Shown here piece after piece: positions 63,238-64,000 of a stretch of 64,000 nucleotides of DNA (the first letter of the stretch is position 1; the number at the start of each line of letters is the position of its first letter). The stretch covers positions 12,073-76,072 of the forward strand of contig CANHRE010000003.1 in NCBI GenBank assembly GCA_947463095.1. The letters are read 5' to 3'. The position numbers and the translations under genes are program-made. The notes under the pieces were generated by a model that did not search any database, was not told the DNA's origin, and saw only the letters and a program-made list of their open reading frames with translations. Source of the DNA: Flavobacteriales bacterium (GTDB lineage Bacteria > Bacteroidota > Bacteroidia > NS11-12g > UBA955).

Positions 63238-63902
63238 AAACACACTTATACCTTATTTGCGGCCTGTTGACCCTTGGGTTCATCGCTTGTAAGCCGCGCA
63301 AGAATATTTCGAAAAACACTATGGAACAACCAATAGCTATTCCCGAAGCCTATCAGGCTTACCCCGACGGACTTTACGCCGAATTCAACACATCCAAAGG
63401 CACCATTATTTGCCGTCTTGAGTTTCAGAAGGTGCCTTTAACTGTGGCCAATTTTGTTGGTTTGGCTGAAGGTAAAATCAAGAACAATGCTCGTCCTCTT
63501 GGCAAGCCTTATTATGATTCACTTACCTTCCATCGCTGCATTCCTGACTTCATGATTCAAGGTGGAGATCCTTCAGGGAATGGATCTGGCGGACCCGGCT
63601 ATCGTTTTATTGATGAGTTTCATCCCGATCTGGTACACGATGGCCCGGGTGTACTGAGCATGGCCAATGCGGGTCCTATGACCAATGGCAGCCAGTTCTT
63701 CATCACCCATAAAGAAACTCCATGGTTAAATTTCCGTCATTCGGTGTTTGGCAAAGTGGTTTCAGGACAGGATGTAGTAATTGCCATCACCGATGGTACG
63801 CTCATTGACCATGTTCGCATCATCCGCAAGGGCGCTGCAGCGGCTGCTTTTGACCCAACAAAACTTGATGTAAACAGCTTCTTGCGAAGCGAAGCCCGCT
63901 GA
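63234..63902 (+). CDS. Cyclophilin-type peptidyl-prolyl cis-trans isomerase, lipoprotein form
   Basis: LLTLGFIAC lipobox. FHRCIPDFMIQGGDP, GVLSMANAGPMTNGSQFFIT and HSVFGKVV motifs. ATGA overlap with the upstream gene. Confidence 0.9.
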   Translation: MKTHLYLICGLLTLGFIACKPRKNISKNTMEQPIAIPEAYQAYPDGLYAEFNTSKGTIICRLEFQKVPLTVANFVGLAEGKIKNNARPLGKPYYDSLTFHRCIPDFMIQGGDPSGNGSGGPGYRFIDEFHPDLVHDGPGVLSMANAGPMTNGSQFFITHKETPWLNFRHSVFGKVVSGQDVVIAITDGTLIDHVRIIRKGAAAAAFDPTKLDVNSFLRSEAR

Positions 63903-64000
63903 TGCGCTGCTACTGGCCGTATTCGTCCAGTTCGTTGCCTTCGGCATAATCGTTGGCCTCCGGTGGTCCGCAGTCTGATATGATGGTCTGCGGGCCGCTG

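Noticed and set aside
63910-64000. Possible 3' end of a minus-strand gene running off the window (...GPQTIISDCGPPEANDYAEGNELDEYGQ*)
   Set aside because: Only about 30 codons are visible and there is no recognisable motif. This is not enough evidence for a feature call, although the frame is open to the window edge.

Overview
This looks like a chromosomal segment of a Bacteroidota bacterium. The inference rests on five proteins ending in T9SS C-terminal sorting domains, recurring TAnnTTTG -7 promoter boxes, and an exbB-exbD-exbD-tonB cluster. I call about 52 densely packed protein-coding genes, many joined by ATGA/TGATG overlaps or gaps of 10 nt or less. Most are core housekeeping genes: hisS, fabG, tatC, rpiB, miaE, lipB, mazG, rarA, udk, a DEAD-box helicase, a DnaE-family polymerase and a UvrD-type helicase-nuclease. 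These are interleaved with secreted or T9SS cargo proteins and conserved hypotheticals. I found no rRNA, tRNA, CRISPR array, transposase, integrase or prophage signature. I do not see an unambiguous new multi-gene system, and no finding scores above 0.5. The features the gene calls explain least well are: (1) a near-identical 55-bp tandem array, a GC hairpin and a duplicated 11-bp palindrome filling a 500-bp gap between two convergent genes; (2) a recurrent promoter-box/ATG geometry that implies leaderless mRNAs; (3) a translationally coupled hisS / histidine ammonia-lyase pair followed by a carnosinase-like dipeptidase; (4) a single-chain UvrD helicase fused to a 4-Cys PD-(D/E)XK nuclease, tightly coupled to a secreted LRR-like protein and a symporter; (5) a PolB-type DEDDy exonuclease divergent from a short DnaE2-like polymerase with no Y-family partner; (6) a stand-alone secreted TonB C-terminal-domain paralog inside the TonB operon. 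CDS coordinates follow the supplied ORF track, with several starts moved. Small-motif coordinates were counted by hand and may be off by 1-2 nt.
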